Made by a program: the position numbers and the translations under genes. A stretch of DNA of 60,505 nt, from IMG/VR virus record IMGVR_UViG_3300002026_000030. One strand, 5' to 3'. A model generated the notes under the pieces. That model ran no database searches. It was not told the origin of the DNA and saw only the letters and a program-made list of their open reading frames with translations. This DNA is from a virus. Shown here piece by piece: positions 51,831 to 60,505 of the stretch (position 1 is the stretch's first letter; each line of letters starts with the position of its first letter).

Positions 51831-52810
51831 GCCGCGCCGAACGCATCCGTGAAGAAGCCAGTCTTGCCGAAGCTACCCTGTTGAAGTTGGCCCAGAACAG
51901 CGCGGATCTCCCCGCCCCGCCCGTGCAAGACGCCCCAGTGGTGGCTAACGAGAGCACCGTGGTAGAGGTCGAGCCAGTCGCTGCCCCGACGCCGTCGGCG
52001 CTGGAGCGCGACTACAAAGAGCTTGAGCACAAACACAACACGCTGCAGGGGATGTTTGCGCGCCAAGGCGCGGAAGTCGGCGTCCTCCGCCAGCAGATGG
52101 ATGAGCTTGCGCGCCGCGTGAGTTCCGCCCCGGCACCTGCCGCGGCTCCAGTGACCACCGCCGTCGGCAAGCTCACGGCCAAAGATCGTGAGGAGTACGG
52201 CGAGGAGTTGATCGGCGTGATCCGCCGCGCGGCCCACGACACGTTAAGCCTGCCGCTCCAGACCATCGTTGCGCGCCTTGACCGTCTGGAAAAGGGCCTC
52301 AACGAAACCACCGCTACGGCGACGTCAGCGGTTAAAACCGCCGCGGCCACGGCTCAGGACAAATTCTACGCCACGGTTAGCGAGCGCCATGCTGACTGGG
52401 AAAAGATTAATGCCACCTCCGAGTGGTTGACATGGCTTGCTGAAACTGATCCGATGACGGGCATGCGGCGCGATGACCTCTTGCAGGACGCGCACCGTAA
52501 CTTGGACGCAGGGCGAGTCATCGCGATTTTCTCAGCGTTTAAGCGTGAAACCGGCAAATCGGACACGGCCTCTGGTGGGGCCAAAAGCGATGCTGGCCGA
52601 ATCGACCCCAAAACTCTCGTTGCGCCGTCAAGTTCCGCGTCGCCCCAGCCCGTCCCATCTGCCGCTCGGCCGAAGGGGAAGATCTGGAAACAGGCGGAAG
52701 CGGCCAAGGTGTACGACGATTTTGCTAAGGGGAAGATCGACGCTCCCACTTTCCGGGAGCTAGAAGCCGACATCATGGCTGCAGCGATCGAGGGTCGCGT
52801 GCAGCAATAA
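51827..52810 (+). CDS. scaffolding protein
   Basis: 327 aa, helical/charged, directly upstream of the capsid gene. Confidence 0.6.
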   Translation: MSRAERIREEASLAEATLLKLAQNSADLPAPPVQDAPVVANESTVVEVEPVAAPTPSALERDYKELEHKHNTLQGMFARQGAEVGVLRQQMDELARRVSSAPAPAAAPVTTAVGKLTAKDREEYGEELIGVIRRAAHDTLSLPLQTIVARLDRLEKGLNETTATATSAVKTAAATAQDKFYATVSERHADWEKINATSEWLTWLAETDPMTGMRRDDLLQDAHRNLDAGRVIAIFSAFKRETGKSDTASGGAKSDAGRIDPKTLVAPSSSASPQPVPSAARPKGKIWKQAEAAKVYDDFAKGKIDAPTFRELEADIMAAAIEGRVQQ

Positions 52811-52828
52811 CCCCACTAGGAGCCCATC

Positions 52829-53770
52829 ATGGCTGTTTTCCCGCTTAACCCCGGCGCTACGCCGGCAATGGTTGACACGTCCGGCACGCTGATCCCGACC
52901 CTCTGGTCGAAAAAGCTGCTGGAGCGTTTCTACGACGCTTCCATCCTGCCGCAGATCTCGAACACCGAGTACGAAGGTGAGATCCGCAACATGGGTGACA
53001 AGGTCATCATGAACCGTGTCCCCGCAATCTCGATCTCGAACTACCGCATGGGCGACACGCTGACCTATCAGCGTCCGACCACGGAAACGACCGAGTTGCT
53101 GATCGACCAAGGTCACTACTGGGCTTTCCAGCTGGATGACGTGCAGGACGTTCAGCAGTTCATGAGCATGATGGGCCCATGGGCGGAAGATGCCTCTGAG
53201 CGCCTCAAGATCACGGTCGATACCAACGGTCTCGCGTTCTTGCTCGGTAAGGCCATCGCGGCTAACCGCGGCCTGACCGCCGGTCGCATCTCGACCAACA
53301 TCAGCCTCGGTACCTCGGCTGCCCCCCTGCAGGTCGGTAACGGCGCAGGTCAGGTCAACCCGATCAACCTCATCGTTGACCTCGGCACCGTGCTCGACGA
53401 GCAGAACATCCCGGAGTCCGGCCGCAAGCTGGTCGTCCCGGCATGGTTCGCTGGCTTGATCAAGAAGTCGGAACTCAAGGACGCATCGCTCGCGGGCGAC
53501 TCGACCTCGATCGTCCGTAACGGCCGCATCGGTACGATCGACCGCTTCGAGATCTACACCTCGAACTTGCTGCCGTCCCCGGGCAACGCGGCCAACAAGG
53601 CGATCTACGCGATCCACCCGAAGGCCATGACGTTCGCTACCCAGCTGACGAAGACCGAGAAGCTCCGTGCGGAGTCCACCTTCGGTGATCTGATGCGCGG
53701 CCTGCTGGTCTACGGCCGTCAGGTGGTGTACCCGGAAGCCCTCGCCGAAGCGATCATCGTCAAGGCGTAA
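52829..53770 (+). CDS. major capsid protein
   Basis: 313 aa; AGGAG 6 nt upstream; followed by a strong terminator; position after scaffold. Confidence 0.8.
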   Translation: MAVFPLNPGATPAMVDTSGTLIPTLWSKKLLERFYDASILPQISNTEYEGEIRNMGDKVIMNRVPAISISNYRMGDTLTYQRPTTETTELLIDQGHYWAFQLDDVQDVQQFMSMMGPWAEDASERLKITVDTNGLAFLLGKAIAANRGLTAGRISTNISLGTSAAPLQVGNGAGQVNPINLIVDLGTVLDEQNIPESGRKLVVPAWFAGLIKKSELKDASLAGDSTSIVRNGRIGTIDRFEIYTSNLLPSPGNAANKAIYAIHPKAMTFATQLTKTEKLRAESTFGDLMRGLLVYGRQVVYPEALAEAIIVKA

Positions 53771-53798
53771 CGCAACCAGCGGTACTTGGTGTAACCTG

Positions 53799-53833
53799 AA
53801 ACCCCCGAGCGTCCTTGCCGGGGGTTTCTTCTT
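53799..53833 (+). terminator. rho-independent terminator after the capsid gene
   Basis: AAACCCCCG (53799-53807) / CGGGGGTTT (53819-53827), 11-nt loop, followed by CTTCTT. Confidence 0.8.
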
Positions 53834-53845
53834 GGAGGTTTCCCC

Positions 53846-54145
53846 ATGTCCGGCTCCAAACACCAGTTCTACCGTTCGCTCTCGAACGGCGTTATTTACC
53901 CCGCGATGCAGTCCATCGGCGAAGGCCCCGACGGTCGTTCGATCTACTATCAGGACGAGCACCCGACCGAGTGGCAGCCGGTGTCTGAGACCGAGTACAG
54001 CGAACAGAATCGCCGCGAGGCCCTGTTGGCGCGTCGTAACGACGTGATCGACTTGACCCCGACTACGGTTGAAACCGTGCCTGCTCCTCCGGCGCCGCCT
54101 TCGGGTCTGGTTCCGCCTCCGCCGGCTGGCGAGATCGAGGCGTAA
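53846..54145 (+). CDS. hypothetical head/neck protein with Pro-rich C-terminus
   Basis: 99 aa; GGAGG upstream. Confidence 0.55.
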   Translation: MSGSKHQFYRSLSNGVIYPAMQSIGEGPDGRSIYYQDEHPTEWQPVSETEYSEQNRREALLARRNDVIDLTPTTVETVPAPPAPPSGLVPPPPAGEIEA

Positions 54146-54148
54146 GCC

Positions 54149-54490
54149 ATGGCTTACACCGGCCAGCGCGCGCTTGATCGCGCATACGAGATCCTGCAGG
54201 ACAACGGTACTCGCTACCTGCGTCCGCAGCTTATCGGGTTCCTCAATGAGGGCATTGCCGCCGTTCGGCGCGTGCGGCCGGATCTTTTTATCGGGCAATA
54301 CACCGCGCCGCTGCCACAGGTCACGGAGGGTACGATCAACAACGCGCTGCCCACCCCGGATTCGATCTTTGAAGGGCTCGCGCATTACATCGCTGGCCGT
54401 GCCGAACTCCGCGACGATGAGTTCGCAGTGGACGGTCGCGCGATGACCATGAAATCACAGTTGACCCAGACCCTACTGCAGGGAGTGTGA
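54149..54490 (+). CDS. putative head-tail adaptor / head completion protein
   Basis: 113 aa; position only. Confidence 0.4.
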   Translation: MAYTGQRALDRAYEILQDNGTRYLRPQLIGFLNEGIAAVRRVRPDLFIGQYTAPLPQVTEGTINNALPTPDSIFEGLAHYIAGRAELRDDEFAVDGRAMTMKSQLTQTLLQGV

Positions 54491-54491
54491 C

Positions 54492-55700
54492 GTGGCGAAC
54501 CGCGATTTCAACGAACTCTACGACCTGATCCTGCCGTATGTACCGGCGGTGGAAACACCACTGGTCGATTACCACATCCGTCGGGTCACGCGTGAGTTCT
54601 GCCGTCGTACAACGTTATGGCGCAAGCGCGTAACGATCACGACCGAAGCAGGTGTCAACGACTACTTGCTCTCGCCATACGACGCGACCGAAGGTGTGAT
54701 CGGTGGAGGTGGCGGTGGGCCTCCGGGCGACACGTGGCAGCCCGCCGGGGCGGCCGTGTCACTCGGCAACGTGTCGGGTAACGGCGACGAGACCGTGTCG
54801 TACAACCCCACTACAAGCATCTGGTCACTTACGTCATCGGGGGAGTACACCGACTCCACCAACTCGATGTCGGCGACACTCAACATCGGCACCATAGGTG
54901 TCGGTGCGCGAGTGCGACTCACACCGCTACCACTGTATTTTTTTGGTGACAGTTCCGAGTGGAGAGAACTGTCTTACATCAGCGGTGTCTACTACACCGT
55001 AACGACGCAGTCCACGTTCTCGGCGTTCCCCGGTGGCACTCCCGTGTCGTACGCGAACACGACGGGACCGGACCTCGACAACTTAATTCGCCAGTACACG
55101 CCGACGCCTATCGTGATCACCAACGGCGTTACGGCCGATCCCGTGGCGGTTGACGCGGTGCAGTTCAATCAAGGTAGCGCGAATGAAACTCCGTCCACGG
55201 TGGCGTTCAACCTGCTCGTAGAAATACTGCCCGCCCCCGTCGCGGCCGACCCCGAAATTTGCGACCCGTACTCGATCATCTCGGTCACCTGCGACGGCCG
55301 CCCCATCGGCGCGCTCCCCGAAGACGCGAGGGCGCCTTACGGTGCTCGGCCGCCCGCCGGAACGCCCACGCGCTGGTACTCGCCGTCGGCGCGCGTGGTG
55401 CACTTGTACCCGACTCCGAACGCGGTGCACACCGTCGAGGTGGATGTCGTCTGCGCGCTCACGATGACCAACGATAATCCGGTGATGCCCGAATTCTTGT
55501 TCGTGGATTACCGCGAGATCATCGCTGACGGTGTGATCGCCAGCCTCAAAGTGCTCGGTAACAAGCCATGGTACGACCCCGAAGGCGCTTCCCAGTACGC
55601 GCGTAGGTACGCCAACGCTGTACAGGGCATCCGTGGAAAACTCCGCGACGCCAATCAACCCAACATCAGCACCGCGCGTGGCCCGCGCTTCGGGAGGTAA
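54492..55700 (+). CDS. virion structural protein
   Basis: 402 aa; GTG start with GGAG upstream. Confidence 0.6.
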   Translation: MANRDFNELYDLILPYVPAVETPLVDYHIRRVTREFCRRTTLWRKRVTITTEAGVNDYLLSPYDATEGVIGGGGGGPPGDTWQPAGAAVSLGNVSGNGDETVSYNPTTSIWSLTSSGEYTDSTNSMSATLNIGTIGVGARVRLTPLPLYFFGDSSEWRELSYISGVYYTVTTQSTFSAFPGGTPVSYANTTGPDLDNLIRQYTPTPIVITNGVTADPVAVDAVQFNQGSANETPSTVAFNLLVEILPAPVAADPEICDPYSIISVTCDGRPIGALPEDARAPYGARPPAGTPTRWYSPSARVVHLYPTPNAVHTVEVDVVCALTMTNDNPVMPEFLFVDYREIIADGVIASLKVLGNKPWYDPEGASQYARRYANAVQGIRGKLRDANQPNISTARGPRFGR

Positions 55701-55703
55701 TCC

Positions 55704-56558
55704 ATGCCCTGCCTATATGCCAACAACGTAGTGGGCACCTTGTCGATCGCCGTAGGCACCATCGACACCGTGCTGCAGCTGACCCCCGGGCATGGCATCA
55801 GCTTCCCGACGATCAGTCTTGACCAGTGGTTCTACGTCACCCTGATCAACCCCGCGACCGGCGCGCTCGAGATCTGCCGCGTTACGGAGCGCACGGGCGA
55901 CACGCTCGTGGTGTCGCGTGGCGTCGATGGAACTTTGCCGCTGGCGTGGTCCTCGGGGACGATTATCGAGATGCGGCTCACGGCGCAAATGTTGCGCGAG
56001 TTGCAGGATGTTGACTTCGACGAGGACGCGTACCTCCAGCGTGCAGGCGGCAACGTGTTTGGTCCTGTCCGCTGGCTGGAGACCGACACGGCGCTCGAAG
56101 GCTGGACGCAAGATGTGATCGGTGGTGGCGCGCTCTTGATCGACCATCCAGACCCCAATCAGCTGCTTTATTTGTACCCGCGTGGAACCGACGGTAACGG
56201 TCGCGTCATCGCGTTCCGCCTGCAGCACAGCATGCCCGTGAAGGTGGAGCCCGCGGCTACGCTTGACTTGTTCTCGGGCAATACAGGCGTCGCCAGCTTT
56301 CTGATGGCGTACAGCGGCGCAGGCGCCGGCGCGTGGCGACTCACCACCGGCGTCGGCAACACTAGCTGGCGGCAGGGTAACTTCTTCCATGTCATGTGGT
56401 ACGGCGTGGGGCAGCCCACGGTGACTGCGGGTCCCGGCATCACGCTGCGCATCCCGGCGGGCCTGCAGGCTAAGCCGCGTGCGCGCTACTCGGTGATGAC
56501 GTTCACCGCGGTGACCCCGACAGAGTGGGTGGCGTCAGGCGACTTGGCCGAGGTCTGA
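55704..56558 (+). CDS. virion structural protein (tail-fibre/spike-type N-terminal domain)
   Basis: GGAGG upstream; N-terminus TLSIAVGTIDTVLQL..FPT....F.VTLIN...GALEICRVTERTGDTLVVSRGVDGT resembles the common receptor-binding-protein N-terminal fold. Confidence 0.5.
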   Translation: MPCLYANNVVGTLSIAVGTIDTVLQLTPGHGISFPTISLDQWFYVTLINPATGALEICRVTERTGDTLVVSRGVDGTLPLAWSSGTIIEMRLTAQMLRELQDVDFDEDAYLQRAGGNVFGPVRWLETDTALEGWTQDVIGGGALLIDHPDPNQLLYLYPRGTDGNGRVIAFRLQHSMPVKVEPAATLDLFSGNTGVASFLMAYSGAGAGAWRLTTGVGNTSWRQGNFFHVMWYGVGQPTVTAGPGITLRIPAGLQAKPRARYSVMTFTAVTPTEWVASGDLAEV

Positions 56559-56559
56559 T

Positions 56560-57510
56560 ATGCCGACCCAGACGTTCTCGTTCACCCTGCAGGTCGTTGA
56601 CTCGGAAGGGCGTGTCGCCACGATAGCGGACTCCATTCAAGTGGCGGACGCACCGGTGGGCGTGACCCCCGTGATCTCCCTACAGCCGCGCACGATCTTC
56701 GCCACCGGCGAGACCACGCAAGGTGCGTCGCGCACGATCAGCGCCAGCTTCACTCTGGCGGCCAGTGGCCGTCTGTCCACGAGCGAGGGCGTCACCTCGG
56801 CGTCGGAGTGGGGCATCAACGTGGCCGGGGCCGACTACGAGGCACGGTTCACCCCGTTGTCCGGGGCGACGTTCACCGGGACGGCGACTGGGGCATGGAC
56901 CGCGATCAACGCTCTGTCGTGGGCGGACGACCTCACCACGACGGCGGCGAACGGGCAGCCCGTGTCGCAGCTGACCAGCGGCACGCTTGAGATCCGTGAC
57001 GTGGCCACCCAGACGGTGCAGGCCACGGCGGTGATTAGTTTCGACCTTCGGATCACGGTGATCACTAGCGCGGTTAGCCTGTCTGACCAGACGTTCAGTA
57101 CCTACGCGCTTGGCCTCGACCCGTCGCCGTTGTACAACTTCAACTCGATCACTCTGTTTTCGGATGGCCGGTTGGCTGGGTATGGTGGCCCGTTCTCGGA
57201 GAACGAACTGCGGTTCGTCCCCAACGAATGGGGCCCCAACCAGAACGCGAGCGCGTACGAGGCGCGGTTCACTCTACTGGTGAAAGACCCGCAGCACTCT
57301 ATCGCCCCGGGCACGGTGTTCGGGACATGGCAGAACCTCGCGTTCTACACTGGGTATATGCTGGAAATGAACTTCACCGGCATCGGTGAGTACGAATCGG
57401 AGTCCACCGTCAGGGTGGAGATCCGCCCCATCGGCGGCGCGGTCATTGCGTCCGCGGTACATACTATCGCGATGCGGGGCGCTCGATACCCCACTGGCAT
57501 CATTCCGTAA
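56560..57510 (+). CDS. virion structural protein
   Basis: 316-aa ORF 1 nt after upstream stop. Confidence 0.55.
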   Translation: MPTQTFSFTLQVVDSEGRVATIADSIQVADAPVGVTPVISLQPRTIFATGETTQGASRTISASFTLAASGRLSTSEGVTSASEWGINVAGADYEARFTPLSGATFTGTATGAWTAINALSWADDLTTTAANGQPVSQLTSGTLEIRDVATQTVQATAVISFDLRITVITSAVSLSDQTFSTYALGLDPSPLYNFNSITLFSDGRLAGYGGPFSENELRFVPNEWGPNQNASAYEARFTLLVKDPQHSIAPGTVFGTWQNLAFYTGYMLEMNFTGIGEYESESTVRVEIRPIGGAVIASAVHTIAMRGARYPTGIIP

Positions 57511-57521
57511 GCGAGAACCTC

Positions 57522-59321
57522 ATGGCGCAGCTTCGCATCACCAACTTCGGCGGCGTGGTGCCCCGGCTCGGCGCTAAGAACTTGCCGGACACCAACGCGC
57601 AGGTCTCCAAGAACACGAAGCTCTACTCCGGGGAGCTTCGCGCGTGGAACCGCGGCCGCACGGTGGCGACTAGCCAGATCCAGAACCCCCGCACCGTCTA
57701 CCGGTATGACTACAACGGCGCGCTGCGCGTGCTGTCGTTCCCAGAGGACACGTGGGTCGTCAAGGCCCCGCTGCTCAACGAGACGCTGGGGCGGCTTTAC
57801 TGGGCAGGTTCTGACGGCGTCAAGATCAACACCATGGCGCGCATCGAGGGTGGTGACCCCGCGTTCAATCTCGGCGTGCCGACCCCAGAGTTCACCGGCG
57901 TGGCAGTCACGCCCACCGGGGGCGTCAGTACGATCACCGTCACCCGCGTGTACATCTGCTCGTTGGTCACGTCGTACGGCGAGGAGGGGCCGGTGTCGGC
58001 GACGTTCGTTGCCTCTGGCAAGATTGACGGCACGTGGACCATCGACGCGCTCGACACCCTGACGTACGACACGGTGAAGTGGGCCAACGTCACCAAGCTC
58101 CGGCTGTACCGGACCATCACCTCCGACACCGGCGTGGATTACCGCCTCGTCAAGGAGTGGGAGGTGGACGAGGTCCCGGCCAGCTACGTGGACGCGCTCC
58201 CCGACGCGGACGGTGCGTCTGCGCCGGTGTACGAGGCGTTCGAGTGGACGCCACCCCCGGACGACCTGACGGGCATCATCTCGGTCGCTGGCGGCTTCCT
58301 CGCGGGCTTCCGCGGGCGCGAGTTGTGGTTCACCCCGGCCTACCGCCCCCACGCGTGGCCGGAGTCGTACAAGCTCGCCACCGAGGACGACATCGTCGCA
58401 CTGGGCACGTTCGGCAACACCGTGGTGGTCACCACCAAGGGCGAGCCGTACGCGGCTACGGGCTCGACCGCAGAGGTCATGACCCTGACTAAGTTCGACA
58501 AGGTCCTCCCATGCGTCTCGGCCAAGGGCCTCGTGGCGACATCCGGGGCGGTGCTGTACCCCAGCTTCGACGGGCTGGTGTCGATCAGTGCCTCCGGGTA
58601 CGACATCATCTCGCTGCCTTACGTGACCAAGGATGAGTGGCTGGTGCGGTTCTCCCCGCGCGGCATCCGGGCGTCGGCGTACCAGAACCGGTACCTTGCG
58701 TTTTACAACTCGCGCTTCGGGTTCAGCATCGGCTTCGATGACCCGAGCACAGGCTTTACCGACATCGAACTCAGTGGCGTGTCGTCGGTGGATCTCGACC
58801 GCACCACGGGCCAGACGCTGGTCACGATCGGTGACCGTGTGCTGGAGTGGGACGACGACCGCGGCGATCGACTGGTCTACCAGTGGAAATCCAAACCGTT
58901 CCTGATCCCGAAGCCGTGCAACTTCGCCGTGCTCCAGCTACGCGGCGATTTCCAGCCCGTGGTTCCCGGGTGGGGCGAGATGACCCCGCCGCCGGTGGAC
59001 CTGCTCGGGCATCGTTTCAACGACTTCCCCATGAACGGCCGAGTCGGAGTGTCCAACGTGGCCGGCCGCCGCTCGCCGGTGGGCTTCCCGATCAACGGCC
59101 CGGGTATCCCGGGGCAAGGCGCCTTGATCGACACGGCGGTCACCGTCCGCATCTGGTGCGACCGCGTGCTGTTCTGGGAAGGGATCGTTAGCAACGAGCA
59201 GCCGTACCGCCTGCCGTCCGACGTCAAGGGCCCGCTGTGGGAGATCGAACTGACCGGCAAGGTGCCGATCTACTCGGCTACCATCGCGACCACCGCTATT
59301 GGGCTCGAGCAAACGCCGTGA
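57522..59321 (+). CDS. virion structural protein (tail tube/nozzle-size)
   Basis: 599-aa ORF; position between adaptor-type and fibre genes. Confidence 0.55.
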   Translation: MAQLRITNFGGVVPRLGAKNLPDTNAQVSKNTKLYSGELRAWNRGRTVATSQIQNPRTVYRYDYNGALRVLSFPEDTWVVKAPLLNETLGRLYWAGSDGVKINTMARIEGGDPAFNLGVPTPEFTGVAVTPTGGVSTITVTRVYICSLVTSYGEEGPVSATFVASGKIDGTWTIDALDTLTYDTVKWANVTKLRLYRTITSDTGVDYRLVKEWEVDEVPASYVDALPDADGASAPVYEAFEWTPPPDDLTGIISVAGGFLAGFRGRELWFTPAYRPHAWPESYKLATEDDIVALGTFGNTVVVTTKGEPYAATGSTAEVMTLTKFDKVLPCVSAKGLVATSGAVLYPSFDGLVSISASGYDIISLPYVTKDEWLVRFSPRGIRASAYQNRYLAFYNSRFGFSIGFDDPSTGFTDIELSGVSSVDLDRTTGQTLVTIGDRVLEWDDDRGDRLVYQWKSKPFLIPKPCNFAVLQLRGDFQPVVPGWGEMTPPPVDLLGHRFNDFPMNGRVGVSNVAGRRSPVGFPINGPGIPGQGALIDTAVTVRIWCDRVLFWEGIVSNEQPYRLPSDVKGPLWEIELTGKVPIYSATIATTAIGLEQTP

Positions 59322-59968
59322 AGGTCCGTAAGGTCGGCATCCCCCGGCTCAACAACGACAATCTCCGCGAGGTGGTTGCGCGACTGCTTGAGTCCGTGGA
59401 CGAGCTACAAGGTGCGGTCGGCAGTCCAGAGCAGCGGGCCGTCCGACTGGGCGAGCTACTGCGTGCGCGCATCGCTCGCGTGGACCCCCGTGGCGACTTG
59501 CTGCTCGAAGAAGATACTTCTGGCGATGGCGGGACGGGTACTGGCGGCGACGTCGAGATCACTGGCCAGCCGGGGCGCATCGTCGTCCAGCAGGGTGGCC
59601 AAGCGTTCGTGCTGGATCTCGCTACGGTCACGCCCAGCCTCGCGGGTGCCCTGCTCGCCCTGCAGATCGACACGTTCGGTCGCGTGGTGGGCACCAAGCC
59701 GGTGGTCCCCGGGGCCAACGTCACCATCGACAACTCTGGCGCGCAGACCGTTATCTCCGCGACGGCGGGGGCGGCTAGCTCGTACACGCACACGCAGGCT
59801 AGCCCAAGCACTAGCTGGACGATCAACCACAACCTTGGGTTTAACCCCACGGTGTCCATCCGCACCGTTGGCGGTGCTGAAATCGAAGCGGAAGTAACGC
59901 ACACTTCCGTTAACCAGACTGTGGTCTCCCTGACCGCGGCACTTGCGGGCACGGCCCGACTCAACTAA
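59318..59968 (+). CDS. tail-fibre-associated protein with C-terminal beta-sandwich-type domain
   Basis: GTG 59318 in GTGA overlap; C-terminus YTHTQASPSTSWTINHNLGFNPTVSIRTVGGAEIEAEVTH.. parallels the C-terminus of the junction-spanning fibre (FDFTHNFNTQDVVVLVRR..). Confidence 0.55.
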   Translation: MKVRKVGIPRLNNDNLREVVARLLESVDELQGAVGSPEQRAVRLGELLRARIARVDPRGDLLLEEDTSGDGGTGTGGDVEITGQPGRIVVQQGGQAFVLDLATVTPSLAGALLALQIDTFGRVVGTKPVVPGANVTIDNSGAQTVISATAGAASSYTHTQASPSTSWTINHNLGFNPTVSIRTVGGAEIEAEVTHTSVNQTVVSLTAALAGTARLN

Positions 59969-59978
59969 GGACACACTC

Positions 59979-60505
59979 ATGGCTCGCACCGTTGGTTCAG
60001 ACCTCGACCTCAACAGCACCAGCCGAATCCTCAACCTGCCAAACCCCACGCTGGCGCAACACGCCGCCACGAAGGCGTACGTGGACAGCGCCGTTGAGGG
60101 CTTGGCATGGAAAGATTCTTGCCGTGTCGCCACGCAGAGCAACACCAGCATTGCATCTCCCGGCGCGTCACTTGACGCCATCACGATGTCGGCAAACGAC
60201 CGCGTGCTGGTGCGGGCGCAGTCCACCCAGACGGAAAATGGCATTTACATCTGGAATGGCGCAGCCACCCCGATGACGCGCGCCGCTGACGCCGACACGT
60301 TCGCAGAGCTTGAGCAAGCGGTCGTCACCATCGAGGAAGGCACCAGCGCGGGCGCGTCGTTCCGTCAGACTGCGATCAACGGCGTAATCGGGACGAACAA
60401 CGTCCTGTGGTCGGCGTTCGGTACCGCGACCCCCGCAGCGACTGAGACCACAGCGGGTATCGCGGAAATCGCCACGCAGGCGGAGACCGACACGGGCACT
60501 GACGA
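59979..60505 (+). CDS. tail fibre protein, 5' part (continues at nt 92 through the circular junction, ends 356)
   Basis: AAGGA upstream of ATG 59979; my translation MARTVGSDLDLNSTSRILNLPNPTLAQHAATKAYVDS... and ...TETTAGIAEIATQAETDTGTDD(LRFVTP) are classic fibre N-terminal motifs; open to window end. Confidence 0.8.
   Translation, partial: MARTVGSDLDLNSTSRILNLPNPTLAQHAATKAYVDSAVEGLAWKDSCRVATQSNTSIASPGASLDAITMSANDRVLVRAQSTQTENGIYIWNGAATPMTRAADADTFAELEQAVVTIEEGTSAGASFRQTAINGVIGTNNVLWSAFGTATPAATETTAGIAEIATQAETDTGTD
60415..60505. repeat. terminal direct repeat, copy 2 (identical to 1..91)
   Basis: verbatim copy of nt 1-91. Confidence 0.95.

Noticed and set aside
1-60505. Temperate lifestyle, mobile-element or diversity-generating retroelement features
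   Set aside because: No integrase, recombinase, CI/Cro-type pair, transposase or reverse transcriptase motifs were recognised in any frame. Absence by eye is weak evidence, so I make no firm claim that the phage is virulent.

Overview
The window is a complete, circularly closed genome of a GC-rich tailed dsDNA phage. Its unique length is 60,414 bp: nt 1-91 recur verbatim as nt 60415-60505, and a tail-fibre ORF reads in frame through that junction.

Layout:
(1) Rightward virion block, 49178 -> window end/start -> 18237. It contains portal, scaffold, major capsid, about 7 adaptor/tail proteins, three fibre-type genes (one with an S74 chaperone domain) and Gly/Ala-rich internal virion proteins (one with a putative transglycosylase segment). 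It also holds a 644-aa protein with 13 in-frame 21-aa tandem repeats and a 1491-aa HExxH protein. I recognised no tape measure or sheath, so the virion looks podovirus-like.
(2) Leftward early/replication block, 41647 -> 18335, about 39 tightly coupled genes. Recognisable products: AEP primase-SF3 helicase, family-A DNA polymerase, Cas4-like PD-(D/E)xK nuclease, VRR-NUC, SNF2 helicase, a MoxR AAA+/VWA-metallopeptidase/DUF3150-like cassette, and a GcrA-like and a winged-helix DNA-binding protein.
(3) A 1.1-kb non-coding control region (41648-42759), followed by a solitary Ala/Lys-rich early gene.
(4) A rightward lysis cassette (43953-46018) followed by three small accessory genes.
(5) A terS-terL pair inverted relative to its neighbours.

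No rRNA, tRNA, CRISPR array, integrase or transposase was recognised.

Most notable observations:
- Twelve 15-bp palindromic TTAA-N7-TTAA boxes (core TTAATCA-N-TGATTAA, the format of the alphaproteobacterial CtrA box) occur only in the leftward early region. They sit in promoter leaders or directly on or next to ribosome-binding sites.
- Three near-consensus sigma70-type promoters all face left.
- The non-coding region is rich in repeats and hairpins and could be an origin or ncRNA locus.

All product calls rest on motifs read by eye from the supplied translations. No database search was run, so family names are hypotheses to confirm with HMM or structure searches.
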